Assembly (NCBI GenBank): GCA_964057225.1
Contig: OZ059899.1
Span: 7,750,001 to 7,814,000 of the forward strand
Reading direction: 5' to 3'
Source: Auanema rhodensis
Taxonomy: Eukaryota; Animalia; Nematoda
DNA length: 64,000 nt
The translations under genes were made by a program, and so were the position numbers. Below, piece by piece: positions 15,398 to 30,200 of the stretch (its first letter is position 1; every line of letters begins with the position of its first letter). Below the pieces are notes generated by a model that did not search any database, was not told the DNA's origin, and saw nothing but the letters and a program-made list of their open reading frames with translations.

Positions 15398-16575
15398 ATG
15401 ACATTAACAGTTTCAATGGAAGATACGGAGTTATTTCCGAAAGATATGTATTTGAATACTATTCCCGGAAAAATATCATTACAAGTCGAAACTATTCAAC
15501 AGGTGAATATATATTTCCAAAATATTATTATAAAAAAATTAAAGATGAGAAATACATTGTCACGCTTATGGTGGTCTCGTCTTGTGATTGCTGTTCGTGG
15601 ATATGTCATTAACTATGTACAAACGGATGATGCTACTCTTTTCCATTGCGACGATGCTTTTACGGGAATACACAGAACATTAGCAGAAGAAAAATGCGAT
15701 TTAGAAAGAGCTGACCAAGTAAGAAAATAGTAAAATTATTAATCAGAAAAGAATGAAGCTTATTGAGCAATAAATATAAAACGAAAGAAACCGATTTAAG
15801 TAATGAGCAAAGCCTAACTAATTGTTAATTTCAGTTTCTATCAGATTTGAATACAATTCTACATGTTCCTCTCATATCCGAAATATTATTAGCTCTTTCA
15901 TCTGGTAGACCTGTTGAAAATCCATTCTTAACTTCAACGACTCAAAATGCTTTCCAAAGAATATTTGGTCAACCGAATGCTATGACGTACAAGGTTGCGG
16001 AAGGTTAGAATAACAAAGATTGCTGCTGATTTTAGTTTTTGTTCGAGTACTAACAAAAATATTTAAGGCCAAAAATGTGCGTATATTGTGTTCATGCGTG
16101 TTCTCTGTATTCTACAAGAAAGATGGACAGCTGAAAAGGCAAAGAAAAAGGGAATTAGGTTCGAAACTGATCCGGAATGGCAACCTGATGACCGCGTTGT
16201 ACTTTTTCAGCATTTTTTCAAAGGTTCAACAATTATTTAATATGATAAATTAACTCACCCTTGGTTTCCAGGAAATAGAACTTGGGTTTTACTGGATTTT
16301 GATAGATATATTTTATCTCAATGGAAACCAAATGGGGCATCCATCATATTTGGAGACAGTTTCGTAGCCAAAAAGCAGCGTCTTGGTATGAAGTTATGTA
16401 GTTATTGTGGAATGATCGAGCAGCAGGTACGTAATGCCTAAGGCTACGTAATGTTATTTTCAAATATAACATTAAGATGAATCAGTTTCCTAAGCATGAG
16501 AACAAGCAGTTTTGTTCCCCAGAATGTTTAGATGCGTGTATGGGAGCAATTGGACCTACAACTATAAAGATCTGA
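15398..16575 (+). CDS. Uncharacterised protein with C-terminal MYND-like (treble-clef) zinc finger
   Basis: Continuous spliced frame from ATG 15398 (after a TTTCAG acceptor) to KLCSYCGMIEQQ|MNQFPKHENKQFCSPECLDAC..-TGA (CxxC..FCSxxC). Confidence 0.65.
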
Positions 16576-18110
16576 AACATGTCATGATAATCTTTTATTA
16601 ATAAAACAGAAATATGTACATTTATATGCAACAAAAAGGATGATACTCAATGTGACAAAGACGTTAAAAGTTGAACCGTTTAGTCATGCCGAGGGTAGAA
16701 AAGCAGCAATTCAATAAACCTAGGTGTACGTAGGTGATACATCTAGCATATGCTCTTAAATGAGAACGATAACGAAAAAACCATCTAAAACGAACATTGA
16801 ACTCTAGAATGGAACAGTATTCGTTTCACTTTTCGCACCTATTATATCTCACGATTTATGTTATTATATATGAAATGTTCTACAAAGACTTGACATGATT
16901 ACCCTTTGATGGTGAGCGGATGTTCAAGACTGTGGACTCCACAGCACAGAAAACCAGTTGTTTTCTAACAACCAACTTTCTTGTTGATTTATGACCTTTA
17001 TGAGAATCAGCATTATTCAGGATTTAATGACCTATCCTCTTTGTCATTAACAGCACCATTCCAATAGAGAAACTCTATCTTCTCAATTTTAGTGGATTTT
17101 TCATTTTTACTGTAGAAATGATTATTTTCCTGTTAATGGTCTCACCACGATTTTTTAACTTTTAAATTATTGTTCTTACATTCGCTCAAAGGCTCTAACG
17201 GAAATATATTATTATACAGCCATCAAATTTTGTTTAAATTTGTCAAGCTGTTCATTATTAAATGTCATTACTTGGTAGAACTGGCTGTATTTATGGCAAT
17301 TCGAAATGATTTAAATACAAAAAAAACCAATTTTTCAATAAGTTTTAACTGGTGCTAAATTTGACTGAGATTTCTCACGAATGATGGCTTCATTGCATCT
17401 CAGTTATCAGTTTAGTTTCATGTCGGAATAGACAGTTTTGAAATGATGATGTATATATATATATATGCGATTGAAAGTTTAGTGTCTACATGGCGAACAA
17501 ATCGAATATGTGATTATTTCCATTTCTAGTTCTTTAGTAATCTCATTGCATATATTGAAGTATTTTCATGTTTCTTCATTATTTTTCTCTACATTAACTG
17601 GTTTCAACTGATATGAGTTAGTTTTAACTTAAAAAAAGGGTAAAAAGTTAGTACTTTCGTTTCACCTATTGTGAACTACTTTCTTTTTTCATATCAAAGC
17701 GTGATAGGTAAATGGGCTTCTTCCTTATCAGTGAATTGGATTATTTGGAACTTTTGTTTTCTTAACCTGCTTTGAGAATAGAGGGAACATATATTTCGCA
17801 ACTCTCCTTTGATTCGGTCGATAGTCATCGTCTTTCAATTTTGTTCGTTTGGGATATAGTCGATATCGACCAACCGCTCTCTTATACTTTTTAAATCTAA
17901 AATGATCATTTTTTCATTTTATTTTATGTTTGGTTGGTAGTAGACTGAAACTTTTATTAAACGATTGAAGACTGTTCTTCTACTTATCTACTATTAATTG
18001 CTAACTTAATTCTAATAACTATCAGGTATTTAAAAATTTGTTTTTATGCAATTCTAATTATACCGTCTGGCTACTATTGAACTCATCTAAAGTTAGTCAT
18101 TTCAGTTCCA

Positions 18111-21100
18111 ATGGGGAGGCGAAAAGCAAAAAGAAATGCACAAACCCGAAGAAAAAATAATGAAAATGTAATTATACTACAAATAACAAATAGTTTTTGT
18201 CTTGATATAGAGAGAAAAGTCGCCTACAGAGATACGTGTGTCGAATGTAGATGGTACAGCTTTAATTTCTTCTCCCCCCTCGCCTTATGCCCCGTCTGGT
18301 TCAAAGTGTAAGTTAAAGTCGATGTTGGATAGCTAAAATACTTTTGTAGTGGTTCAAACCATCAAGAGGGGTGTGGATGTAGTCATGGGACATTTTATTC
18401 AAAAAAAAGGAGTCTCGGATAATTTCTTTGAAACAGATCATGAGGTAATCTTCAAAGTGAGAATTCGTGAACTATTTCCTTGTAGAGTCCAACTAGTTTA
18501 TATCGTACAGCATCTGCTCTTTCTCCAACAACCAGAGAAATGTCTGAAAGTTTCTTAAGTAGTAAAAGCAAATCGGCTCGGAAACGCCAACGTCGTAAAA
18601 TTAGGAGGCTTTTGGATAATGACAGTTCAGATGGAGTATGTTTTTTCCAGTTTGTTTGAAATATTCATATTTTTAGGTTTATATCACGTGTAGGAAGGCA
18701 CCTTTTAGGAACTTAGATTTATACTCTTGTAGTCCTTATATTACGCCTGATATAAACGGAGAGCTGGACTCTTCTATGGCAGTATGTTTTAGTTTAGTTT
18801 AATGGTTAATTGTTTATCTATAGAAGCCTGTTTTCTCTGGCTTACCTCACATTATTCATGAGCTAGCTAATGACAATCTGACAGATGAGCATCGGTCAGA
18901 ATGCATGCGGCTCTTGAACGATATGATAGAATCTCAAGTGAAATACATGGATCGTACTGGTTTTAGGCGAGATATAGTTGGTATGCTTTTAGTTTCAATT
19001 ATCAACATTGTGGTTTTGCATTGATCAGATGCCGGAATTATTGATGCACTACAGAAATTTGATCGTTCTGATTATCATATCTGGCCTCTTCTAAAAAAGC
19101 AAGTTGATCGGTTTATCGAGACAGCTACTAATGATAACATCCAAGGTATTTATAAATTATTGTTTTGGAATTCTATAATTTAATAAGGTCCCGCTGACTG
19201 TACTCGTGGTGTCGTTGATTTGCTATGGGTTCTTCTATGTGAGCATAAAGATCAGTATGAAGAAATTGTATATATTAAAGATGAAGTTCGCTTAATTTTT
19301 TTTAACAGTTTGGATTTCTACAAACTCTCGTACAAATCGATGGAAAGACGAAGATGTTCTGGAAAGCTGCTTCTAACTTGATAGGCACTGTTAATACCGA
19401 CGTCGGAATTAATGGTATTTGTTGTTGTTGTTTTTCTTCAAAGTCTTATTTTTTAGAGTTATCAAAAGCTAGACTATCAAGAAAAGATAGCTTTTCACAA
19501 ATTGAAGTTCAATTAAATGAATTACCTGCCATGAACAATCAATTAAATGCAACTAATATATGTGTTCTACCTGATCCTGATGAACATGTGCAGGCATTAT
19601 CTATTCATTTACTTTCATCAACATATTTCTCAGATATTAACTGGTATTGACAGTAGTGACCTTGGTCAAACTATTGCGAAATCTGAACCCAGGTTGCAAA
19701 CAGAAAATTCTCCATTGCCTCAATCCAAATATCGTGTAAGGTGAGGCACATTTATTTTATGAATAAGTAAATTTCCTTCGATGCTCAGGACAGTATCTCC
19801 TGAACGAGATCATAAGATTGTTATGACTTCATGTGAGCCCGATGTTTTGAAGGACGATGATAACAAAGGTGGGATAAACTCTTTTCATTTTTAAAATGAG
19901 AAAAGCTAAAAATGCTTTGGGTCAGGTCATTTAAAAAAATCTGTAATTTGCTATTACGCTATACATAAAAGTTGTATTTTGAGTCAACTTCCTCTATTTA
20001 CCTATGGTTGAGTACAGCAATTCTTTTCTTTCTAAAAACGCGATTACATTAGCGTAAATAAAAGTAATGCCGAAAAAAGGAATTCCACACTGTGAAGAAT
20101 TGTTCTTAATCATTCATCACATGACTTCATATTCAAATCTGTCACGCCAATATCTATAAAATGAGATATATTTCAGAGAATATTCCTGATACGGTTTGCT
20201 CTATGCTGGATAGTCTTCTGGTTAAGAAGGAGAGTTTACCAATGAAAAGTGACAATGGATCCGTGAAGAAAAGAAAAACTAGTAGAGGTAACTTTCCTGA
20301 AAATTGTTTTCCAGATCTAATTAATGTTTTAGCGATGCAGCGTCGTGAGCAAATGTCTTCCAATCTTGCGGATGATCCAAATCAAAAGTTAGAACGTGAA
20401 CATATTCCTAGAATTCCTGATCAACCAACAATTGCTTCTCTTGCGCGATCTGTTGGCGGTAGCTCAAAAACCGATAGTTATTCATCCCGAAGACAATCAA
20501 CCAAAACAACCAATTCTGCTTCTTTAAAAAGTGGAAAATCTTCGCAGAATATTTCTAATTCAGCTGAATCACCCATAATTGCGTGTGCTCCTTCTATAAG
20601 TTCGTGTGCGCCATCACCTCCACCAATAATAGAAACATTACTTCGAAAACCGTCAGAAATTAGTGAGCAGATTACCGTATTTATATTTCTAAATTTCATA
20701 ATTTTCAGTCGCTTCTGTTACTGAACACAATGAAGCGTTCATTGATTTAGATAGTTCTGTGGTTGATATGAATCAATCTATATTAAAAATGGAGGAGTGT
20801 GTACCTTCGGTTTTATCTGCTTCGAATTTTGACACAGATGATGTTAAAACTTCAATTCCTCCTCCACCCCCTTTACCTCATAATCTGCTATTGTTATCAA
20901 ATACTTTGTCAACCCAAGCAATTACTCCAAACTCTAGTGGACTGTTGTCACCTGTTGGATTATTAGGTTCTGAAGCAGTTTCACCAGCTACTGTCGAGCT
21001 AACAACATCTGTACCGGGCCCTACTCCGTCATCCAATTTAATTAAGAATATATCTCCAGCCCCTCCACTCCCAGCTGACGATGGTGTTAATCCTACGATG

Positions 21101-23447
21101 AATATTTCCGTTGGACCTAGTGCCCCTCCGCCTCCTCCTCCTCCTCCTCCTCCTCCTACTCACCTTTTCAGTCGAGGTGGCGGGTCTTGTCCACCCCCTG
21201 CTCCTCCACCTCCACCAGCACATCTTTTCGGTGGACCGGGAGGACCCCCTGCTCCTCCACCCCCACCAGCGCATCTTTTCGGTGGACCGGTAGGACCTCC
21301 TGCTCCTCCACCCCCACCTTCAAATCTTTTCGGTGGATCAGGAGGACCTCCTGCTCCTCCACCCCCACCTGCACATCTTTTCGGTGGATCGGGAGGACCT
21401 CCTGCTCCTCCACCCCCACCTTCACATCTTTTCGGTGGATCGGGAGGACCTCCTATTCCTCCACCACCACCTGCACATCTTTTCGGTGGACCGGGAGGAC
21501 CTCCTGCTCCTCCACCACCTACAAATCTCTACAGTGGACCCGGTGGTCCTCCTCCTCCCCCACCCCCTATGAACCTCTTCAGTGGACCTGGAGGACTTCC
21601 ACCTCCACCACCCCATCTCTTAAAGGGATCTCATTCGTTGTATTCCAGCAGAAGTTAGATTTATATTCATTACCTTACAAAAATTTTTTTTGTAGTAGCG
21701 CCACCAATATGTCAAGAATCCTATCCAAAAAGCAGAAAAACTGCGGTCCTTCGTTGGGATTCTGTTAACCAGCATGCTGTTAGCGGTTTGGATGCAACAT
21801 TTATTTTCCTGATTCCATTATTAATTTACAGCCGGCCCAACTGTTTGGAGCTTGTATTCCAAACCTGAGTCAAATAAGGAAGAACGTGAAGAGGTTTAAA
21901 CCGAACTTATTGTTTTTACTGTATTCCTTCTCAGATTGAAAAAGCATTGGAACAAGTCGTTGCCACCCCTAGGATATTACGGGCTCCTAAAGCAGAAAAG
22001 AAAAAAGAGCCAACTGGCCCTCGACTTGGACAAAGCAGAGCGATGGCGCTAGAAATTTGTTTAGCAAAGTATTTTCACTGACATAAATTTTGCTGATATT
22101 ATGCTCTTAGGGCACGGCCTCGAACTGTTCTCGATTTAATCCACCTCATTGAATCAAATGAAACAGATAAAATTTCCAATGATCTAATGACTGGTCTTTC
22201 AAACGCTTACCCTGTTCAGGAAGAGGTACAATTACCATTGGAACCAAATGAGCCAAAACTATTTTTTTCATTCACAGACTTCAATGTTTAAAAATGTTGA
22301 GAGATCTGTAGTTACCCGCCAGTGCGAAGAACTGTGCTGGGAAGTGGCAAGAAGACCAACTCTGAAATCTCGTTTGGAGTTAGCAATAGCAAAAGGAAAT
22401 ATAATTGGAGAGGTTGGTTGGTTACAGAATTATGAATATTCTTATTCATGTCAAGATTGATGCTCACAAAACAAGTGTGGAGTCCCTTCTAAAGGCTTGT
22501 GTCAGCATGCGGCATGAAGTAATAAATAAGATGCTATATAAAAGTTTGCAATATGGCAACTTTATTAATCAGGTTTTTTTTATGATTACTATTGTTTAAA
22601 CTACTATTTTTCAGGGTAGTAATATTCCGTATGCTGCTGGCTTCAAAATTAAGTCTCTTCAGGATATATTAACATTAAAGGGAAAGGTTGGTCAAACTTT
22701 AGATCCTTTTCTGTTAACAACCCGCTTAATTGTATATTCATTGATTAATTTGTTGGAAATTATAGGGCGAAAATAGTAGCTGGACTTTAGTTGATCATTT
22801 GGCAAGATATTTGGATATATCTGCTGATGATGTGGAAGAAACGAAATCAAATTTACAGCTGTTTAGGTTTATTAAATATTGTTAATTTTTCAAATAATCA
22901 TATTTGTAGGAGTTATAAAATCAGTGAAGTATCATCTGCAGTTGACGAATTGAACAGAACTGTTAGTAAACTGAAGAGAATGATGTTGGGATGTGAAGAT
23001 GAAGAGTTGGAAAAATATTATGAACCGTTCTTTAATGTGAATTTTTTCTTTTATTTTTTTGTTATAACTATTTTCTAGACCGTTGAAGAAAATGTACAAA
23101 AACTATTGAATGATATTGAAAAACTGTTATCTCTGGAAGATGAATTGAGAACGTACTTTTGTGCCAACAAAGCTGATAGCGTAGAAGAACTTGGGCTAGT
23201 ACTTTTCAATGCTCTTAATCTATTTGTCAATTCGAAGAGAAAGGTAAGGGTTTAGTGAGATTTTTTCATTTTTTGAACAAAATCGTATTGTTAGGTCTTA
23301 GCTACAAAGCAACAATCTGCAATAAATAAAGATTCTAAAACTCCGACGCTCCTACGAGGAACACCAAAACGACGTGGAGACTCTGATGATAATCGTCGGT
23401 TATCCTCTGTGGAATTATGTAATTTATTTATGAAAGCTCAGGAATAA
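18111..23447 (+). CDS. Divergent formin (partial FH3/DID, repetitive FH1, FH2)
   Basis: FH3-like CMRLLNDMI..FRRDIVDAGII..LKKQVDRF; poly-Pro FH1 exon; FH2 lasso LRWDSV..TVWS; RAMALEICLAK; LQYGNFINQG..AAGFKIKSLQDILTLKG. Confidence 0.85.
21191..21620 (+). repeat. 51-bp coding tandem repeat (PPAPPPPPAHLFGGPGG), ~6 near-perfect plus ~3 degenerate units
   Basis: Repeating unit cctcctgctcctccacccccacc..catcttttcggtggaycgggagga inside the FH1 exon. Confidence 0.9.
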
Positions 23448-23990
23448 TATAGATAATAAATAAACCAATATTGGGATTCAAAATATTCATCATAGATCTC
23501 TCTGCTTGATGTGCCTTTCTGATTCTTTTCCGTTTATTTGAAGGTGGTTGTAATATCATGTTTTAACTAACGATGCCTTAGAGTACTTTGCATTTTGAAT
23601 ACAGCCAGTCCAAGCCAATTTTTGGAGTATCTTTCATAATAAGATGTATTTGCATGATATGTTCTTTTTTTGTAATCTTAATAAGAATTTTGGCTTCTAA
23701 TTCTTTGCTGTATGTTTCGATTTCATCTAAGTTCGTTGGGAAGCACATAGTTGGGTTGAGCATTTCCGGTGTCTTTGGACAGACACGCAATCGAGCAAGC
23801 TGAACAACAGACTCATTAGTCTGGAAAGTCAGCAAATCAAGTCAGCTTCAACTTCTGTATTGCTAATTTTGAGAGAGTTTTTCGTTTTAGCCATGATACT
23901 TTAGCTGTCTTTTTCTGGGATATATTACTTTATCCCTACTCAGGTGTCACTTTTGTTATATTACTTTTTCACAATATAATTTAAAGAATT

Positions 23991-26421
23991 ATGAAGGACT
24001 CTTTAACTTCTCCAACAATAAGATCAGGAAATGTGCTTGCTTTGCTCAACACTCTTTATACATCTGGGTTTGGTATGGCTACTCCTAGTGTGCCTATATT
24101 GCCTGGTAACAAATATTTGGTATTGGTGGAAGTAAACCTCATTTTCAGGAAGAACAATGCACACTTTATATGCTGTTTCGTTTCTTATATGTTTCGGAAA
24201 TTCATGCTCTGATTGGATGCATGTTTGGGCCACATTACAAGTGTTTTTTTCTAGTATTATTTTTATTCTCATTCCTATTTAGGGGCATGTAACTTCTTTT
24301 CCCGTAGAACCATGGCTCGCAATAATTTTAGTTGTAATAGCAGTGTGTGGATCCATGCTTACTTGGCTTCTTATAGTATCGCTTCCAATAGTTAATTAAA
24401 CTTAAAAATTCACATTACCAGGTTTTATGTGTTGAAAACGCATTTGCTCATCGACTTGATATTACACCTTATCGTAGTGGCTTGTCATTAATTATAGAAA
24501 ACTTGATTGAATGGATTCAAGTAGATCGCTTTTTTTTTTAAATTTATCCTTCAGCTTTTATAGGCGTTTAATAATTTTCGGGTTGTGTTTTTGGTCATGA
24601 TGCTTCATGATGCACCTATGAGTATTGTAAATTATTTTTTCATTGCTCCCTGTCGATGTGCCGGCCCCACTGTAAGGTTTAGAAGCTCAGATGATTTTCC
24701 AACCATATATATAGATTGCTCCTTGGACACTTTTTCTTTCGTCGTCTATGACTATTACATCTTTGATTTGGAGATTAACTATGCTACATTTTGCATATAG
24801 GCATACTATAATCCATACTTTTAAAAAGTCATATCTTGCTTTAAGGAGAATGTTGTGCCCTTTGAGAAAAACATCAGTGGTAGCTCTGCAGCGCATGCCT
24901 ACTCCAGCTGAGCATTTATCAATGGCTATTGATACAAGGTATGAATATATTCTTCTTCTATTAAATTAACGTCTTTAAAGCAATGGAGCTCGAATTGGAG
25001 AATTTGATGAGTGTTGGCCAATTCGGTGGGCAAGGCTACATGTGTACGGTGCAGATGCCTCTGAGGAAGATAGTTTATACACTAGAGTTTGTTAACCATT
25101 TTTGTTCATTGTGAAAATATAATATAGTGTTGTGGAACTTCCAAATTTTTCATTAGGACTGATCACCTACCATCCATTTTAACGCTGCCTGTCATTTCTC
25201 ACTGTGCCACTTTCGCATTGATGGTTATATTGCTCTTTATAAAGTTATAGTTTCCAACTTTATTTTCAGATAGCTTATACCATATACCGTATCATACAGT
25301 TTGTCATATGCTTGTTCCTAACTATATTAGGATATTTATTTCTTTTAATTACTTGCTGTATACCATATTGCTATCACTACAGTTGTCGACGAAACAGTTT
25401 TTTTCATCGTCATAAATGTGCCAGATCATTCATACGGTTAGAAATATCATTTTGAATATATTTTTATTCATCTTTTAGATATATATCGTATACTTTTCAT
25501 TATTGTGTTTTTATCGCTTCACTTCTCATTTCATTTGCACTTATTATGCTTAATGTTGCTCTAATATCGTCCGTTCATGTTTTGGGATCAAATGCATTAA
25601 CGCCTGAAATCGACAGGGTAACGTTGAAAAATTAAAATAGAATAGTATCTTATAAATTATAGGTTTGTGTTACTATCGTTCCGTCCACTAACACCATTCA
25701 TGTCACCGTGCGCCCAGAGCCATTATGGAAATCGGAACCCTTGCAAAACATTATTAATAAGTTAAACAAGCAAATTTTCTATTTTATATAATTTCATCTT
25801 ACAGTGACTTCAAATCAGATGATGATAATACCACTACATATTGCAAACCCTTGTATGAAGATGGAGGATTGGGAATAGGACTGAAGCGCAAAGCAGCAGG
25901 ACCTTGGCAAGCTCGACGAACTGTTCATCAAGAACTTCTGGTTTTTCTTTATTTCACTATTCTGTTCAGAATATATATGCAGGCTGTAACAACTCAAGTT
26001 TTGCTTGTTAATCCAGGCCCGGAGGAAGGATATTTAGAATTATTATATGATTATGCTGTCCTCCAAAAAAAAATCGGATATGAAACGCCTTTATGTCTTC
26101 GAAATAATATGACTCAATGGTACTCGATTTGCTCAATTTAGTAAAAAATAAAATTTTATTTAGGAACCTGAAAGTGAATGAACAACCCTTACCGTTCCCA
26201 TATTTCTTCGGATGTCGAAAAAAATGGATGTATGATTAACGTAATAGCTTGAGATTTTAAATTAAGTCTTCAGATTTAACAAATCAAATTTAATTGAATG
26301 CCTCGGTACGGATGAAACCACAGTTAGTCCACCTCGCCCACCTGATGGATGGAAACGACCATCCTGGCTACGAACTCGAAAGCCAAAAACAACAACAACT
26401 GCACAACATGACTATTTCTAA
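23991..26421 (+). CDS. Uncharacterised multipass membrane protein with Cys-containing C-terminal domain
   Basis: Spliced frame has several hydrophobic segments (YAVSFLICFG; WLAIILVVIAVCGSMLTWLLIV; VVFLVMMLHDAPMSIVNYFFI; CVFIASLLISFALIMLNVALI). Ends ..TTTTAQHDYF-TAA. Start uncertain; exon-like pieces at 23750-23943 appear to be 5' UTR. Confidence 0.65.
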
Positions 26422-26610
26422 TTCAAAATATTTAAACGCTTGTCATAAAATGGCATTATATAAAATAATGTCGATGTTTATGTTTATATTTCTTGCACAA
26501 TACAGATAGATCAAAAATATTAATAATATAGTTTGAACAAAACACTTATTATAATTTATAATGAGCGAGAAAAAAATAAACAGTTTTGAAAAGACGGATG
26601 TAAAAATCAC

Positions 26611-29135
26611 TCATTTACGAGTAGAAGTGTTGCTTTGCTTAAAAAGGACGTTATGTAGAACTGTAAGGTTTGCTCTTTTTTTTCTTTTCAAAACACCAAA
26701 GTTTGAAGCGGATGCGGATGAAGATCCTTTTGAATTAGATGTTGCTCTTTGATAATTAGACAGAGTTTGTTCACCTATAATTATAGAGATATTCAATATG
26801 ATGTTTGAAATTTTTAGCTTACCTCCATAATCCGTAACAACAGATATCGAATGGACACTTGTTTTATCACCTGATGCTGAAACGGCTCCATTTACTGTGG
26901 CATCTGAAAGAAAAAGAAATAATGTGATAGTATATGAATTTTTTAATACTTCGCTTCTGATCTCCTTCACCCAATTCCAAAGCTGTATTAGTTTTTGCAC
27001 TACTATCACCTTTTCCTCCTCCCCAGGCTTCCATCATAGCATTTCCTAAATGATTTAGTTTATAATTAGTAAACGTTTCTCTGAAACCATTAGCTCCAAC
27101 ATTATCTACATTCAAGAAAGCAACTCCAGTTAAATTGTTATATTCTCCTGACACTTCTCCTCCAGCATTTGCAAATCCAGCTAAAAAGAAGTTATGAGTC
27201 AACGAGTAAGTAAAACAGGCATCATATACTATTATTTACTCCGTTTGTGTTTGAGATATCAGCGTTAGCATTAATGTTTAAAGTAGAATTTTGATCTTTT
27301 GATACTGCTTCTCCCTCTCCTTTAGTAATTACTCTGAAATACACCTCAAATAGTAGTTCGATTTTTTTAGCTGTTACCTAGGATCTCCATTTTGATTATA
27401 AGACGTATCTACAACTATAGAAGCATTGGAGTTTTCGGTTCCTGATCCATGAATAGCACCGTTTCCCATTGCCACTCAAAATGTTTTTTTTATTGTTTTA
27501 AAATAAAAAACAATAAATTATTTAATTGTACCTGTTTCTCCATTACCATCTTTTACTTTTAAACCGTTTTGAACTGTCATATCATGGTCAGCACTTTGAG
27601 CTGTCCCATTAGTAACAACATGACCGTTGGCACCTTTCTGAAAATCATTGTGATTAACTATTAGTTTAAAAAAATTATGGTTTATATATTATTGGATGTT
27701 CAGATTTTCGAACAAAAAAATAACGAGTTGGTTGGTCTGCCTACGCTCTGCGCTCTAGTTTTCATTTCAACATAGTATATACCTGATTATCCAACCCTGT
27801 TTCCGACATCAGATCAATCGTATTTTTTCCACTAGATGAAATTTGAGCATCAGAGAACGAACTCACACCTTAAGATTTTTTGAGAATATTGTAGTTAATT
27901 AAGTTGAAGCATTCCTACTAGAGTTAGTTGTTGTATTACTATTCAGGTGTGTAGCCCCAACAAGAGAACTGTTACCCTTATCACCACTAACTTGACCATA
28001 CATATTTCCAGTAAGATCGTGATGGCTTCCATTCATATTTGCATTACCATTTACCTATAAACTTTATTTGTTTGAATTATCAAAAAAGTAAATCGTACTT
28101 GAGCATTTACATTCCCACTATTAGTCTGAACTCCTGATATTATTCCATTGACTTCAACACCTTAACAAAAAAATAGTAACCTTTTACTTCCAATTATAAT
28201 ACCGTTGTTGGCATTTCCTGCTCCCAAATCAATATTTGCTTGGGCGTTTCCTATTCCTTCAGCTACAGCAGATCCAACAAGTTGGGCTAGTAGGGAATCC
28301 CATGTTAAAACCTAAACCAACCTGGCTACAGTGAAACAGAACTTTGGGTTGTATTGAGATATACTTGATTAGATAGAACTTCCGATTGTGACCCTTGTGA
28401 TCCTGTTGCACCTGCTGTTGCGATTGTCTTATCGCTACCTAAATATCACCAGTATATTTTAACGAGAAATAACAGACAAAGTCAAAACTTCTCACTAAGT
28501 GGACTTTCTTTTCCATTTTGATTAAATGTTGCTTGCCCAGTAGCTTGAGCTGAAGTATCACCAACACCACTACCTTTACCCTATCAAATTACGCCAAATA
28601 ATACATAATAATGTTTTTAAAAAGTTGATACTTGTTGAAAGCTAGCAATGGTTTTATTTTGACCAGCAATAACTGCAAAAATGTCTGAATAAGACATGGA
28701 ATCTTGGCCTTTAGAATCGACGTTGCCAATTGCAGTCATATCTATGTTAAACTTGAGTTTCAAGCGAGTTGCTTTATCAAACCTGTATCTCCCACTTGTC
28801 CTTTCGCCACGTTATCAATCGAAGCAGAATTAGATCCTGTGGCATTACCTGATGAGGACACGTTCATGCCAACTACGCCATCTGCATTCTGAACAATCGG
28901 AATTTAACGTAGTGCACGAAATGTTAAGCACCTTGTAATGATGTGACATTGCACCTGCTTCAACTTCATCAGCTACACCTACTGCATTGGCATCCGAAGA
29001 CACAACTAAGGCAAAACATTGTTGTCAACGATTATTATAATAACCTGTCTGCCGTTTGATTCTGTTTCTATCAAGTATAGAAGCATCAATTGAAATACAT
29101 AGTGCAAGAATGAAGCAGATCAGCCAAGAGGCCAT
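26611..29135 (-). CDS. Secreted Gly/Ser/Ala/Asn-rich protein with furin-type sites at both ends
   Basis: Signal peptide MASWLICFILALCISIDA, then RIKR; many short exons rich in small residues (e.g. NADGVVGMNVSSSGNATGSNSASIDNVAKG); C-terminal KRKKR. Confidence 0.75.
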
Positions 29136-30200
29136 GTCTAATAAAAATTCTTTTCACAGTTGATTTCTTGTCAGAATCTGTTCAAAAACGAAAACGTGAT
29201 CCTAGTCTATAGAAAGCATTATGCAAACCAAAAAAAGTTTAATTATCAGGACGAAAATCTAACAAGAAATATAAGTAAAAATGTTGTCAAATCTGACAGA
29301 GACAGCTAAGTATTGTTATAATTCTTGAAAAAGATATTCATATTTTATACGAACAGAAGTTTTGTGTTATAAAATTAATGAACATTTTTGTTATATAATA
29401 AAAAACAATACTATGTAGGAAAGACAGGTGTCGCATTCACGGTTTTTTTAGTGATAATAAAGTAACTATTCGATTTATTTCAGTTTTGTTCAGATAGATT
29501 TTGTTCGTCCAATTAGCTACGCATTACTGTAAATATGAGTAGGATATGGCATTTGTCTCGATAGGTAGATTAAAATATTTCGAGAGATGTGTAGCACATA
29601 CATGTCGACGTTGTTGTAAACGATAAATTCAGAATAGACCGGCCGAAGAACACTTAATCGAATAAACCACATTTTGAGATTTGATCGCATTTGTATTAAG
29701 CCGTTAATAATTAACGTTGAATGGTCTACGATAAAGTAACACTTCTCAAATGTTTCCTCATGGTATTGAAAGCAATTAGAAAGATTTTTTTTTCTTTGTT
29801 TTGAATGATATGTAATCTTTACAAGAACAATTTGAATATGTCTTTCTTGGCAACTGTTGTATAACTAAAACCGTCATAAGCCATTTATAAAACAGATTAA
29901 TGTAAGATTTTTTAAACTACGATATAGGGGTGGGCTACAAAAGTACTAGCAAGATTTTTACCGAATTGAGCACATTCATTTTTTCCCAACTATTCCAAAT
30001 GACGGTATACGAAGAGTCTAGTTTATAGCCTCTTTTGATCTATAGGGACATTTTGATCTCCACATTTTAATCCATTTTTAGGAAGTGGACGGGGTGCTGT
30101 CCTTATTTACCACTTTTGTGTCTTTATGTCAAGCATCGAAACCCTTTATATACACTATTTAACAGACATATTAAAATTATTTTTCGATTTCCAGATTAGA

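Noticed and set aside
21038-21768. Overlapping ORFs in other frames and strands; CRISPR-like periodicity
   Set aside because: Shadows of the 51-bp FH1 coding repeat; there are no unique spacers and no cas genes.
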